Shown: positions 34,400 to 46,800 of the stretch, one piece after another
How positions within the stretch are numbered: the first letter of the stretch is position 1
Layout: each line of letters starts with the position of its first letter
Assembly: GCF_020745735.1 (NCBI RefSeq)
Contig: NC_083409.1
Coordinates: 14,479,873-14,543,872, forward strand
Origin: Hemiscyllium ocellatum
Taxonomy: Eukaryota
DNA: 64,000 bases
Direction of reading: 5' to 3'
Program-made: the position numbers and the translations under genes
The notes under the pieces: generated by a model
Seen by the model: the letters and a program-made list of their open reading frames with translations, nothing else
Databases searched by the model: none
Told to the model about the DNA's origin: nothing

Positions 34400-34880
34400 G
34401 TGACCGGATCTCTTTCTCACTTTCTCTCTTTATCACTCTCTCTCTCTTCCCATTCTGTCTCACATCTGCCAACTCTTTCTCTCTATCTCTCTCTTTGGCA
34501 CTCCTAATCTCTCCCATCCTCTCTCTCTCGCACTCTGTCCCATCATCACTCTCTTCAACTCACTCACACTTTCTCACTCTGTCTCATCATTTCTATTTCT
34601 CCATCTCTCACTGTTTCCCTCATTCCGTCCCTTTCTTGTTTCTTATCTATTCCTTCTTCTTTCTCCATCCTTCCTCTCCATCTACCTGGTCTCTCTCTCT
34701 CTCTCCATCCCTCTTAGTCACACTATTTCACACCCTATTTCTTTCCCCATTTCCCTCAACCTCACCATCTCTACTTCCATCTGCATCTCTCTCGCTCCCT
34801 CTACACACCTCCCTCTCTCTCTCACACACACTCTCCCTCCAACTCTCATTCTTTCTCCCTTCCCTCTCTTTCCCACAGTA
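34400..34880 (+). repeat. Polypyrimidine (CT-rich) tract, mirrored by the GA tract at 58720-59225
   Basis: Low-complexity CT sequence in both arms about 1.1-1.6 kb upstream of the ATG. Confidence 0.85.
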
Positions 34881-34944
34881 TCCCAGATGGTGACAGTTAA
34901 TTGCAGGGCAAATCTCCCTCTGCTCTGTCCCACTAATGGATGTT

Positions 34945-35246
34945 CGACTGGGACAACACTACTATTGTAGGACAAGCCAAACAGAGAACAGTCAGGGAAT
35001 TCCTAGAGGCATGGTACTCATCCACAGATTCAATCAACAAGCACATCGACCTGGACCCAATATACTGTCCACTGCAGCGGACAGCTGGAACTGACAACCG
35101 GAAGCGGCAGATACAAATCACTACAAATGCCGGAGGAAAGATCACAGAAGTGCTTCACAGGAGGCTCCCAAGCACTGAGGATGTCACCTAGATAGGGACG
35201 AAACATCTGCAACACAAATTCCCAGCTCGGCGAACAGAACCACAAC
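34945..35246 (+). mobile_element. 5'-truncated Penelope-like insertion with a 10-bp target-site duplication
   Basis: DWDNTTIVGQAKQRTVREFLEAWYS. Flanked by AATGGATGTT at 34935-34944 and 35247-35256; the paralog near 58650 carries the empty site. Confidence 0.92.
35172..35210 (+). ncRNA. Penelope-associated minimal hammerhead ribozyme relic
   Basis: GCA-CUGAGGA-U-GUCaCCU(agau)AGGGAC-GAAA-CAUC-UGC: catalytic core and stems I and II are present; the stem-III palindrome reads ACAU instead of ACGU. Confidence 0.55.
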
Positions 35247-35679
35247 AATGGATGTTAACCCTTAACCTCAGAAGCATGTCTTCTCCTGGAGTAAGGCCCC
35301 ATTTTCCACATTGACCAGGCATTAGCCTGTCTCAAGATGATGGACAGATTCTTGTTAAATGAAGACAGTTCTGTGCTGTTGGCCTATTCTCACTGGGGAC
35401 TGGTTTGGACACAAACCTCATTCCATGAAGATCCAGCAGAGAGAGGAGATCCTCAGGCCATCAGTGTGAGCTGGGGGGACAGGACAGGATCTGACCCACT
35501 GACTCATCCTGTTCATTCACAACATGTTCCAATCCCTTCCCCTCTCCTTCCCCTTCCACAGTCAGGCTCTGGGTCAAGGTGTTTTACTGGGATGAGGTCA
35601 GGACCATCACACAATTACACCCGAAAGGAATTGAGCCCCACATCCACCATGATATCCATGACCCACTGGGACTCTCCAA

Positions 35680-35995
35680 TGGAGACCAGTAAACATAGGC
35701 CTCCTTCCCAATGGATATCCAGCAGAGACCAGTATATATGGATCTCCATACTATTGGATCATCCAATACATATCAGTAAACATGGACCTCCATTACACTG
35801 GGCCCTTCAATAGACACCAGTAATCATAGGCCCACAGCCCACTGGATGCTCCAATAGACTCCAGTAAACATGGGTCACCATCTCACAAGATACTTCAGTA
35901 GAGACCAGTAAACTAGGGCCTTCTTTCCCCTGAACCTTACAATAGAGACCAGTAGGCATGTATCCTGTTCCCACTGATCCTCAGTAAACATGGGC
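35680..35995 (+). repeat. Degenerate ~44-bp minisatellite (core AGAGACCAGTAAACATGGGCC), about 8 units
   Basis: Core recurs near 35681, 35723, 35770, 35812, 35857, 35900, 35944 and 35981; reverse copy at 58030-58260. Confidence 0.75.
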
Positions 35996-36639
35996 TTCCA
36001 TGCCGCTGCACCCTTCAGTATCTGAGCTTCAAACCGCACATCCTCTCCATCACATGGGCCTCTTTTCTATCTCCACAACATTGTCTCTCTGCACTATGTC
36101 AGCTCCTTGACCACAGAAACCCTTATTCCTGTTCATCCCACCTCCTAACTCCATAATCCTGATGTCCTCTCCCACCTTCCTTCCACCCACTCCATAAAGC
36201 CCAACTGTCTGAAATGGAGTGGTCATTTCCCTGTCTCACACCAAGGAGGAGATGGGCAGATATTTAATGGGTAATGGGTTGAAAGAATCATGGAGAGTGA
36301 GCAGGAAAATGGAGTTGAGTCTGAGATGGGATCAGCCATGATTGTATTAAATGGTGGAGTGGGCTTGAGGGGCTGAATTGCCTGCTCCTGCTCCTAGTTC
36401 GTATGCTCATCCACCCTCTCCCCCATCCCTCTTACTGCAACTTTGTGAACCATCTTAGAATGTTTTGAATATTGAAGGTGCGATATGAATTCAACATTTG
36501 TGTGGATTTAATGTGGGGACAGAATTGTGCAGGGGGCTGTGAAATCTCCTGCAGTTGAATATCCTACTAGCAAACTTCAGCCTTCCACATACAGAATGGG
36601 AAAGTCGGGGAGGTCAAAATGTGATGTTGGGGTCCTTGG

Positions 36640-38780
36640 TACTGTCCCCCAGCAATGTGGTTGACTCTCTATTGCCCTGTGAAATGGCCGAGCAAGGCTC
36701 TCAGTTGTATCAATTGTGACGACCTCTTAACAAAGAAATGAAACTGGACGGACCACAGGCATCGATGCAGATACAGTAAAGGTATTGACATACCTGCTCC
36801 ATCCTTCTTACTGACATCTGGGGGCAAGTGCCAAATTCAGGAGAGCTGTCTCACAGACTTGTCAAGCAACAGCTTGACACAGCCATACTCACAGACTCAT
36901 ACCTTACAGACAATGTCCCAGACACCGCCATCACTGTCCCTGCATGTATCCTGTCCCACCAGAAAGGCAAACCCAGCAGAGCTGATGACACAGTAGTCTA
37001 CAGCCAGGAGGGAGTTACCCTGAGAGGCCTCAAAGTTGATTCCAGACCCCATGGAGTCTCATGACTCCAGCCTAAACATGGGCGAGGAAACCTCCTGGTG
37101 ATTACAAGATATCTTGCTCCCTCGGCTGATGAATCAGTCTCTCCTGGATGTTGAACAGCACTTGGAGGAAGCACTGAGGGTGGTGACAGCACAGAATGTA
37201 CTTTGGGTGGGGGGGTTTCAATGTCCACCAATGAGAGTAGCTCGGCAGCAGCATTACTGATCGAGCTGATTGGTTCCTAATGGGTGTAGCTGAGGGACTG
37301 GCTCTGCAGCTGGTGGTGAAGGAACCAAATAGATGGAAAAACGTACTTGACCCCATCCTCACCAATCTTGCGGCTGTAGATGCATCTGTCCTTGACAGTA
37401 TTGGTAAGAGTGACCATAACACAGTCCTTGTAGAAACAAAGTTTGACCTTCACATTGAGAATACCCTCCATTGTGTTGTGTGGTACAATCACCGTGCTAA
37501 ATAGGACAGACTCCAAACAGATATTGCAACTCAAGGCAATGATCATGAATGGGGAGCATTGCCAATGTGTGCACAATCTCAACATCTCATATACTGAAAC
37601 AGTCCATGTTCGATTGCAGCAATATCTGCACAATATCCAATTTCATCTGAGAAGCAATATTTCCCATTGGTGCCATGCAAATACCAGCCAATGACCATCA
37701 CCAATAAAAGACAATTTAGCCATCGTCCCTTGACAGTCAATGCTATTACCATCACTGAATCCCCACTATCAACATTCTGAGGTACCATTGACCAGAAACT
37801 CAACTGGACTCACCACAGAAACACAGTGATTACATGAGCAGGTTAGAGGCGAGGAATACTGTATCGAGTAACTCACCTCCTGATTCCTCCAAAGCCTGTC
37901 AACCAAGTCAGGAGTGTGATCGAATACTCCCCACCTGCCTGGATAGGTACAGCTCCAACAACATTCATAGAATAATGGTGTCACAGAGTCATACAGCACA
38001 GAAACAAACCCTTAAGCCAAACTTCTATATTCTGACCAGGTTTTCTGAAGTGAACGAGTCTCATTTGCCTGCATTTGGCCCATATCCCTCAAATCCATTC
38101 CTGTCTATGTCTATCATATCCTGTGTCATTCTTATCCACTCAGAAAGCTTGATACCATCCAGAGCCAAGCAGCCTCCTTGATTGGCATCACATCCACAAA
38201 GCATCCACTCCCACCACTGCTCCATAGCAGCAGCGTGAATTATTGATCAGATGCTCAGCAGAAACTCACCAAAGATCCTCAGATAGCACCTTCCAAACCC
38301 ATATGGGAAAATAGAAATTGCACGAAAAGCTCAGCAGATCTGGCAGCATCTGTGGAGAGAAATCAGAGCACGAAATGTTAACATTGATTTCTCTTCACAG
38401 ATGCTGCCAGACCTGCTGAGCTTTTCCAGCAATTTCTATTTTTGTCTCAGATTTACAGCATTTGCAGTCCTTATGGTTTCCTTCCAAACCCACGTTCACT
38501 TCCATTTAGAACAACAGCAGCAGATACATGGGAACACTGAGCTGCAAGTTCCCCTCAAAAAAAGCTTAGCATCCTGACTTGGAAATGTATCACTATTCCT
38601 TCACTGTCACTGGGTCAAAATGCTGGCATTCCCTCCCCAAGAGCATTGTGGGTCAACTTACAGCTTGTGGACTATAACAATTCAAGATGGCAGCTTCCCA
38701 CCACCTTCTCCAGGGCAACTAGGGACAGGGTAAAAAATGTTGGCCCAACCAGTGAAGCCCACTTCCCACAAGTGAATATG
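36640..38780 (+). mobile_element. Decayed CR1/L2-group LINE (APE region to 3' tail)
   Basis: LVKQQLDTAILTDSYLTDNVPD..., GGFNVH, LDPILTNL and the 3' tail ttcaag...cagggcaactagg. Confidence 0.8.
38302..38479. mobile_element. Penelope-terminus-derived foldback mini-element with a 13-bp TSD
   Basis: 38308-38365 pairs with 38385-38442 (54/58), 19-nt loop; CCTTCCAAACCCA at 38289-38301 and 38480-38492. Confidence 0.85.
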
Positions 38781-39039
38781 CAAAACCAAATGAAGTGTTC
38801 CTCAGGAGGGGAGAGGGAATGTTCAGGATCCTGAACTCCATTTCCCAGCCCAGGCAGTTTGTCTCCCAATGAATGAATGAGATGCCAATTTGAAGCCCAG
38901 CTTCAGAGCAGTATCACTCTGTGGACATGAGGTCTATAAGAGGGAATTGGAGATTGAGCTGAAAAGGAAAGATTTGCTGAGTTATGGGGAGAGAAGCAAT
39001 GGGGCTAATTGAGTAATTGAAAGGCATGATGGGCTGAAT

Positions 39040-39960
39040 GGCCTCCTCCTGTGCTGTCAGATTCCAGGCAGTGGAGATGGCTCACAGTTTTCTTCTGTCT
39101 CAGTAACACACATCCAGCTGCTCCGAGCTCCTTCTTTCACTTCCTCTTTGGTGAAGTTTCAACCTTGCGATCTGACAGTCTTTGCAGTTATTTTTTAAAC
39201 TGGGGCTTTCTGCTGTGATCAGAATCTCTAATAATAAGTGTCCAATCAGTGACAATCACAGCAGCTGAGAGCAGTCAGGACTGAGGAGCCAGGCTCACTG
39301 GGAAACACATTGGGAAGATCAAAGTCATCCTCTTCAGCTCCCGGTACAACTCCATCCCTCTCCCTGAGCACTGTCTGCTGCTCAACCAGACTCTTTATAA
39401 CTTTGGCCTCATCTTTGAGGCTGATTTGAGGCCCAAGTCCTCCACATCATAAAGATCATCCACTGAAAATCTCAGCCATTTTTTTGGGACTCCAAATGTG
39501 ACCATTCCAATGTTATCCAGGCCCACGTCACAGCCACTGCCTTCCGTAAATATCAGCTCATCCCAAATCTGCTATCGGTGTTCCAACTCACACCAAGTCC
39601 ACCCCACACCCCCGCCTCTGTCTTCCATCCCACCATGACCACCACAATCCTCACTGACCGACATCAGCTCCTGGTCCAGCAACACCTTGATTTTCAAATT
39701 CTCATCCTTGTTCTCAATCCGCTCCCTGTCCTTCTATCCTCCCTATCTCTGTGACCTCCTGCAAGCCACCTCAGTGTGGTCAGCAATCTTGGATATATGC
39801 TTTCTTCATCCAAGTCATTGAAAAATATCGTGAAAAGCTGAGGTCCCAGCACAGATCCCTGGCAACACCACTATTCACATCTGGCTCATTGGAACACAAA
39901 CACATTATCCTTCCTCTCTGTCTCCTAGACAGACCCATTTCTGACACAAGGTAAATGCAT
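39040..39960 (-). repeat. Left middle arm of the inverted duplication (pairs with 55060-55935), including an L2 fragment at 39310-39760
   Basis: Reverse-complement match, for example QVIEKYRE.LRSQ in ORFs 39751+ and 55050-. Confidence 0.92.
39100..39180 (-). promoter_or_regulatory. Candidate B-cell enhancer (EICE + E-box), copy 1
   Basis: GGAAGTGAAA (reverse of 39135-39144) plus CAGCTG 39115-39120; non-TE sequence conserved with copy 2. Confidence 0.6.
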
Positions 39961-40251
39961 TTCTCAAATTCCATCCGATTCCATGATTTGGAGGTGCCAG
40001 TGTTGGACTGTCGTGTACAAAGTTAAAAATCACAGAACACCAGATTGTAGTCCAACAGGTTTGTTGGAAACACCAGCTTTCTGAGCGGTGCTCCTTCACC
40101 AAGTGATTGTGGAGTGCAAGATCTGATTCCATGTTTCTTTTGTGGAATGTTCTTAAATGTCTTGTGGAATTCCCTGTGGACAATAGCCATCGGCATTCCC
40201 TTATATCCCACATTAGGGAACTCCTAACAATGTGTAACCTCGTTAGTTAAA

Positions 40252-40540
40252 GATTAGATCAGATTCCCTACAGTGTGGAAACAGACCCTGTGGACCAACA
40301 AGTCCACGCTGACCCTCTGAAGAGAAACCCAGCCAGACCCATTTCCCTCTGAACTAATGCACCTAACATGATGGACAATTTAGAATGGACAATTCACCTG
40401 ACCTCACATCTTTGCACTGTGGGAGGAAACCCACGCAGACACAGGGAGAATGTACAAACTCTACAGACATCTGAGGCTGGAATTGAACCTGGGCCCCTGG
40501 TGCTGTGAGGCAGCAGTGCTAACCACTGAGCCACCATACT
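40252..40540 (-). mobile_element. HE1 SINE
   Basis: A and B boxes (tggtggctcagtggttag; ggttcaattcc) on the minus strand. Confidence 0.88.
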
Positions 40541-40849
40541 GAACCTTCAATGTCTGAACCTTTGTAAATCCATGCTGATTCTCTCAGACCAGTTCATATT
40601 TGTCCGTTATTCTCTCTCTAAAAACAGACTCAATCACGTCCTGACAACAAACATTCAACAGAGATGTTCATCGTGAATGAGGTTACTAAACCGCTAGCAC
40701 TGACATGAGGGGCTGAAGAGCCTCCTTCTGAGCTGGAGCCTTCTCTGTCTCCATGATGGAAATATTTTACAGATTAAAAATTAAAGACTAACAGCAATTT
40801 TTTTTAAAAAATCAAAAACTCCTCAAATAATTTCCACATACAGGGCCGG

Positions 40850-43800
40850 GCGATGTGTAGTAATTGTACGATGGGGAAGCTGGTGGAGCCCATTGTAGCT
40901 CAGAGTGACCACATCTACAGCAAGTGTTGGTTGCTCAAGGCACTCCAGCTCAGAGTTGATGAGCTGGAATCTGAGCTTCAAACACTGCGACACATCAGGG
41001 AGGGGGAGAGTTACTGGACACTGTGTTTGGGGAGACAGTCACACCTTGTAGGTTAAATGCTTCAAATTATGGCCAGTGGTCAGGTACAGGAGGGTGTGAC
41101 TATAAATGAGCAGGTTGATGCAGCCTGAATTTAGTATTGCAGGAGTCTCAGCTCCTTGTCCAACAGGAATGAGGTACTTGTTCCCTGTGTCACTGAGGAA
41201 AAGGATTGCCGGGAGAATGGGCAAACGTAATGTGAGCATTTTGGTGATAGTGACCATAACTCTGTAAGTTTCAAAGTCATCATGTAAAGAGATAAAGATG
41301 AAGCAAAAATTAAATGTGTAAATTTCAACTAGGCAAAAGTGAGGACTGCAGATGCTGGAAACCAGAGTTTAAATCAGAGTGGTGCTGGAAAAGCACTGCA
41401 GGTCACGCAGCATCTGAGGGCAAGAAAATTGACATTTTGGGCAAAAGCCCTTCATCAGGAATAGAGGCAGGGAGCCTCCGGGGTGGAGAGATAAATGTCG
41501 GTGGGGGGCAGGTTTGGGGAGAAGGTAGCAAAGAGTACAATAGGTGAATGGGGGTGGGGATGGAGGTGATAGGTCAGAGGGGAGGGTGGAGCAGATAGGT
41601 GGGAAGGGAGATTGGCAGGTAGGACAAGTCATGAGGATGGTGCTGATCTGGAAGGTTGGAACTGGGGTAAGGTGGAGAGAGGGGAAATGAGCTCTTCAAC
41701 CATGTACTGAAAGAGACTCGACTTCACCAGTTTCCTCATTTCCCCTATGATTGTATGATTCCATGTGGTTGTCTGTTCACTGCCCTATAGGCAGTAAATA
41801 TTGGCTTGGTCAGAGATGCTCATATCCTATGAATGAATGAATGAAAGCCACTGCACCATGGTCCAGGAGGCCATTCAGGCAGGGGGAGCACACAGGAAGG
41901 AGGAGGATTCGATAAAGAGGGGGACTGATAGCATCCTTTGTGAGTAGGATTGAGAGTTGGTGTGTTGCCTGCCTGGTGCCCAGGTAAGGGCATCTCGAAC
42001 CAGCTTGAAAGGATATTGGAGTGGGGGCGTGGAGGAGGATCCAGTTGTTGTTGTGTTGAGACCAACAACATTGGCAACATCGGCTAAAGGTCCTATTTGG
42101 GCAATATCAGGAAAGCTATCAGAAGGATATTGATTAAACAGATAGAGAGAAATAAGAAAGAGATGAATACAGTATCAGTGCTGAGGAACAGATTCCAGTG
42201 AATGGACCAAATGAGAGTTCTATATATGAATGCACGGAGCGTAAGGAATAAATACAATAATCTGCGGGCACAAATTCAAATTTAAGATTTTGCTGTAGGA
42301 TCAATTACTGAGACATATTTGCAGAATAGTTAGGATTGGGAACGAAATATATCGGGTTATAAGGTTCACAGGATGGGCATGGGGAAATGACAGAAGAGGT
42401 AGAGCAGCCTTATTCATTAGAAACAAAATTACTTCAATGGTGAGGGAGGTTAAAATGAGGAGAAAACATTCAGTGGAACTGAGGAGCAGGAAAGGATCTA
42501 AAGCTGTAATAGATGTTGGATACAGAACCCCTCCCCACTCCCCCCCAACCATCATCCTTTGTAGCAGCTCTGAGGTGCTGGATTGTATAAATGTAGGAAT
42601 TAGGCAAGTGTGCAGCAAAGCCAGTGCATTATTAATGGGGAAGTTTAATTTTAACTTAGATTGGGAGAGAGACAAGCCCTCTGTCAGAAAGGTAGTCAAT
42701 TTCTGGAGGATATCCGGAATAGTTTCCAACAGCAATAGGTCCTGGATACAACAAGGGGATAAGCAATATTGTAATTAGTAATGAATAATGAACCAGATTT
42801 AGTTGGTAACTACTTGTACATGAACATTTATCAAATAGTGATCATAACATGATCGAGTTCAATGTCACATTTGAAAGTGAAAAGCATGAATCAGCTGCTA
42901 GAGTTTGAGATTAAGGTAAGGCTGACTTTAACGAGATGCGACAGAGACTGTCCACAGTAAACTGTGAAAATCTGCTCATGGGTAAAACAACTGAAGAACA
43001 GTGGGGAATGTTTAAAGAAACATTCAACATAAAACAAAGCCAGTTTATACCTGAGAGGGGAAAGCTCCACTTCTTCGAACAAACAGCAATGGACAATAAA
43101 AGAGATTAGGGAAAGAATAAAACTAAAACAAGGGCTTACAAAAAAGCAAGTAAAATGACATCATCTGCTGAATGGGAAAGATACAAAGGGCCACAAAGCA
43201 GCTTCGAATAGCTACCAAAAGGGATTCTGAAAGGGAACATGTAAGGGATATCAAAATCAATAAGGAGAAATGTTTCAGTTCCATAAAAGGGAATCTGGGA
43301 GGTCAGGAGCAATGTTGGTATTAAAGACTGAAAGTGGGGGATATTGTCAGTGACAATGGGGAAATGACAGCCAACTGAAATAATTACTTTACCTCAAGAT
43401 TTGCAGTAGAAAAGGAGGAGGACTTGCCTGAAGTCCCAAAAGAATTAACGGGGATTAGGGACAGGGACTGAATAAAATTAATATCAGAAAAACATCTGTA
43501 ATGAGGAAAATAATGAAAATAAAGAGTGACAATCCCTCAGGATCTGATATTCTCCATCTGAGGGTGATAAAGGTAGCAACAGACCACATTGTAGACACTC
43601 TGAGAAAAATCTTTCAGAGTTCCCTGGATACAGGAGTCGTACCTCTGGCTTGGAAATTTGCAAATGTCACTTCACGTTTAACAAGGATTTGAGAGAAAAT
43701 CCAGGGAATTACAGGTCACTCAGCCAGCGTTTGTAGTGTGGAAATTGTTGAAGTCTATAATCAAGGATGGGGGTAACTGAAGACTTTGAAAATGGTCAGT

Positions 43801-44230
43801 TATTCAGGGAGAGTCAGCATGGATTCATGACAAGGTGGTCATGGTGAAAATCCTCATTGAACTTTTTTGAAGAGGAGACTAATGTATTGGACACAGTAAT
43901 GTCAATGGATGTTGTTTATTGGGACTTCCAGAAGACATTTAATAGTGTCCTATGTAAGAAAACGTCAACTTCGATAGAAGTCCACAGAATCGAGGCTAAA
44001 ATACTGACACATTGGAATGCTGGTTGAGTGACAGGTGACCGAAAATATGGATAATGGGTAAGTGCTGAAATTGGCAGGATGTAACCAGTGGTGTCCAATA
44101 GGAAAGTGTGCTCACACCTCAATTATTTACATTATTTATCAATGACTTGGATAATGGCACAGAAAGTCAGACATTTCAGTTTGCTAATGACACAAAGTTT
44201 GGCAGCATTGTAGACAGTGTCGATAGAGTC
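40850..44230 (+). mobile_element. Near full-length decayed CR1 (ORF1 zinc finger/coiled coil, esterase, APE, RT), interrupted by a Penelope terminal repeat at 41334-41700
   Basis: CSNC...SKCWLLKALQLRVDELESELQTLRHIREGE; CCLPGAQ; LYMNARSVRNK; FINDLD...FANDTK. Confidence 0.85.
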
Positions 44231-44514
44231 AGAGAGTCATACAGCATTCAACCAGGGCAGTCTTTAACAGAGTATAATTTATCTTTGATATACAACTCCT
44301 TGAACTCCATCTCTCTCTCTCTCACTATATCCCCCCTCCTCCCTCTCTACCTCAGCTGCATGGATCTTACTCTGATTTTAATCCCTCTTTTCTCTCTCCA
44401 AGCTCCATCTCCCTCTCTCTCAAAGCTCCCATCTCTCTCTCTCTTTTTCTGAGCTCCATCCCTCCCTCATTCTGAGCTGCTGGGAGTTCGATCTGAGCCA
44501 ATGCCAGTGAATCC

Positions 44515-44780
44515 CATGGAGAATAATGACGGGATATTTGGCGTGTAAGCTTGATGATGTAAATGTGAACAATTCCAGCAAAGACATTACAGATGGTTTG
44601 TACAGACAGCAAAGCCCCAACTAGAACATTGTGTCAATCAACACAGAACTTATGAAAGCTTCAATAAAAACGGCTATTAATGTGATTCTCAGAGATGTGT
44701 CATTATTCTCATTACAAATGGCTGTTTCCCAGTGAAGGCCCATCCTGCTGAATATTAGATACAGATGGGCTTTGGAGTGT
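44515..44780 (+). repeat. Innermost inverted-repeat arm (pairs with 46820-47010)
   Basis: 44515-44625 is about 90% or more identical to the reverse complement of 46900-47010; 44710-44780 matches 46820-46900. Confidence 0.9.
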
Positions 44781-45194
44781 AATGTGGTGAAATGTGACCT
44801 TGTTCACTTTCACGATAATCATTAAATTGTGACTGGCGCACACTTAGGATCAAATGGCAATTGGGTATAATCCTGAAGGTGAAAGAGATACAGAAACTCA
44901 CATAGTTCTAGTTATCAATGAGGTCTTATCAACACCCTTTTAACAAATCAATTTTAGGGAAGAATAATACACTTCCAATCTTATCTATGCAATCTTCTCA
45001 TCTGGGAATAGGGAATGAATCTGGTTTTGTGACTATATTCACTTTCTTAGAGTCTACACAGAATCAAATTGAACAGTTTGGTTCAGGAACCAATGTTACA
45101 GGAGAACTCCAATTACTCTGACTTGGTTCAATCAACTGATTCTCCAACATGGAAGCCCTCTGTTATGTTGGCCTGTTCCTGTTTCATTGTGTCA

Positions 45195-45640
45195 GTCCCA
45201 GAAACATACAGACAGATGTTTCAGAACTTACAGAAACAGCCTGGACAAACATCTACTGAGTTTGAGACGGTGAGGTAGCAGTGCTAACCACTGAGCCCCC
45301 GGGCCACCATGGTTAACTTCAGAACAGAGTGCTGATGAGGAAGTGGAGACCGCCTCATGGACCCCTAGATGAAGAATGGTTGGTTAGACATTGGTTAGTG
45401 GTCCCACTAGCTATCAGAGGGAACTAGTTCAAGGAGCACATGAGACTCCCATGGCAGATCAGATGGGGATTTGGAAAACATAGGCATCCAGAAACAGGTA
45501 TTTTACTGAGCTACAATTGGATAAAGATGTGGTGCAGTTTTATAAAACTTGTCCTACTTGTCAAGTTGTAGGTAAACCTCAACACAAAACCAGCATCCTT
45601 AATTCCTCTCCCAGTTTTTGAGGAACCATCGTGCCATGTA
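45195..45640 (+). mobile_element. Gmr1-like Gypsy LTR-retrotransposon relic (gag, then integrase zinc finger)
   Basis: VPETYRQMFQNLQKQPGQT (gag); VLMRKWRPP...AHETPMA...KTCPTCQVVGKP...LIPLPVFEEP (HHCC integrase). Confidence 0.75.
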
Positions 45641-46800
45641 CAGATTTGTCAGGTAGTGAGTATAATGGAGATGGGGATGACCCTTCCTCCTTTCCATAAT
45701 AACTATGAAACATATGGAGTTATGTTCACTATCTCCAAAATGCTCACCCACTGACACTTCAACCATTTGACCAGCTTCATTACCAAGGATTGAGTCCAGC
45801 ACTGCCCATGTGTAGACGGACTACCTATGTACTGGCACCAAAAGCTCTCCTGGGTGGACTTTATAATTTCTACCATTCACACAAAGGCAATCCCAGTTCA
45901 TGTTAGAGAAGTTGAAATTCCCTAATAATATAACCCTATTCCTCTCACACCTCTCTGTGATTTGCCAACATATCTGCTCCTTTCTCTCCATCTGACAATT
46001 GGGGGGCCTGTAGTATAATCCCAGCAAAGTGATTGTCCTTTTGTTATTTCTACCTTTACCCAGATGGCCTCATTTGAAGAGCCTTCCAAGAAATGCTCCT
46101 TCAATCTTGCAGTGATGGTCTCCTTTATCAATAATGCAATACTCCCACCTCTCCTGCATTCCCTCTATCCCACCTGATACTTCTCTACCCTAGAATGTTG
46201 AGCTGCCAGTCCTATCTTTCTTCAATCATGTCTCAGCATTTGCAGCAATGTGATATTCCCACGTGCTGGTCAATGCTCTCAGTTCAACCATCTTACTCAT
46301 CAAGCTCCTAACATTAAAATAGATACAGTTCAGCTTTCTGGTCCTCCTGTGTTCCTGATCCTGTCCTAGTGGTTACCCAGTGGTTTTCTGTGTAGCCCTT
46401 ACTCTCCCATGAAGGGAAACATCCAGCATTTCCCCTGTCAAGCCCCTTAAGAATTTGATACATTTCGATGAGATTCCCTCTCATTCTTCTAAACTCCAGG
46501 GATCAGATTCCAAACCTGTTTGATCTTTGCTCATAAGACAATCGCTCCATACCAGGAATCAGTCAAAGGAACTATCTCAGAACTACATCCAATGCAGGTC
46601 CTGTCCTTTCTTCAATAAGGAGCCTGATGCTGGACACCATATTCCAGATGTGCTCACACCAAACACCTAACCCTAACAGCAGTAGTAAAACGTCCCTGCT
46701 TTTAGATTGCATTCCCTTTACAAGGAGCACCAACACTCCATCTGCCTCCGGATTCACTTGCTGTAGCTGTGTACTAACTTTATGATTCATGTGCCCCCAC
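45640..46800 (-). mobile_element. Decayed CR1 fragments
   Basis: ORFs 45599- (LDSILGNEAGQ), 45821- (LGLYYRPPN..GNFNF) and 46572-. Confidence 0.8.

Larger units (their letters stand above)
29000..35990 (-). repeat. Left outer arm of the large inverted duplication (pairs with 58030-64000)
   Basis: Collinear reverse-complement match including shared TE junctions, the J-C intron start, V, leader, promoter, GA tract and 44-bp minisatellite; about 88-97% by eye. Confidence 0.95.

Noticed and set aside
34135-34893. 252-aa Leu/Ser/Phe-rich ORF (and similar ORFs at 58696-59115)
   Set aside because: Artefact of CT-rich low-complexity DNA plus antisense CR1.
36640-38780. Same LINE family at 56100-56620 as part of the palindrome
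   Set aside because: Both are on the plus strand, whereas palindrome partners would be opposite; these are independent insertions.
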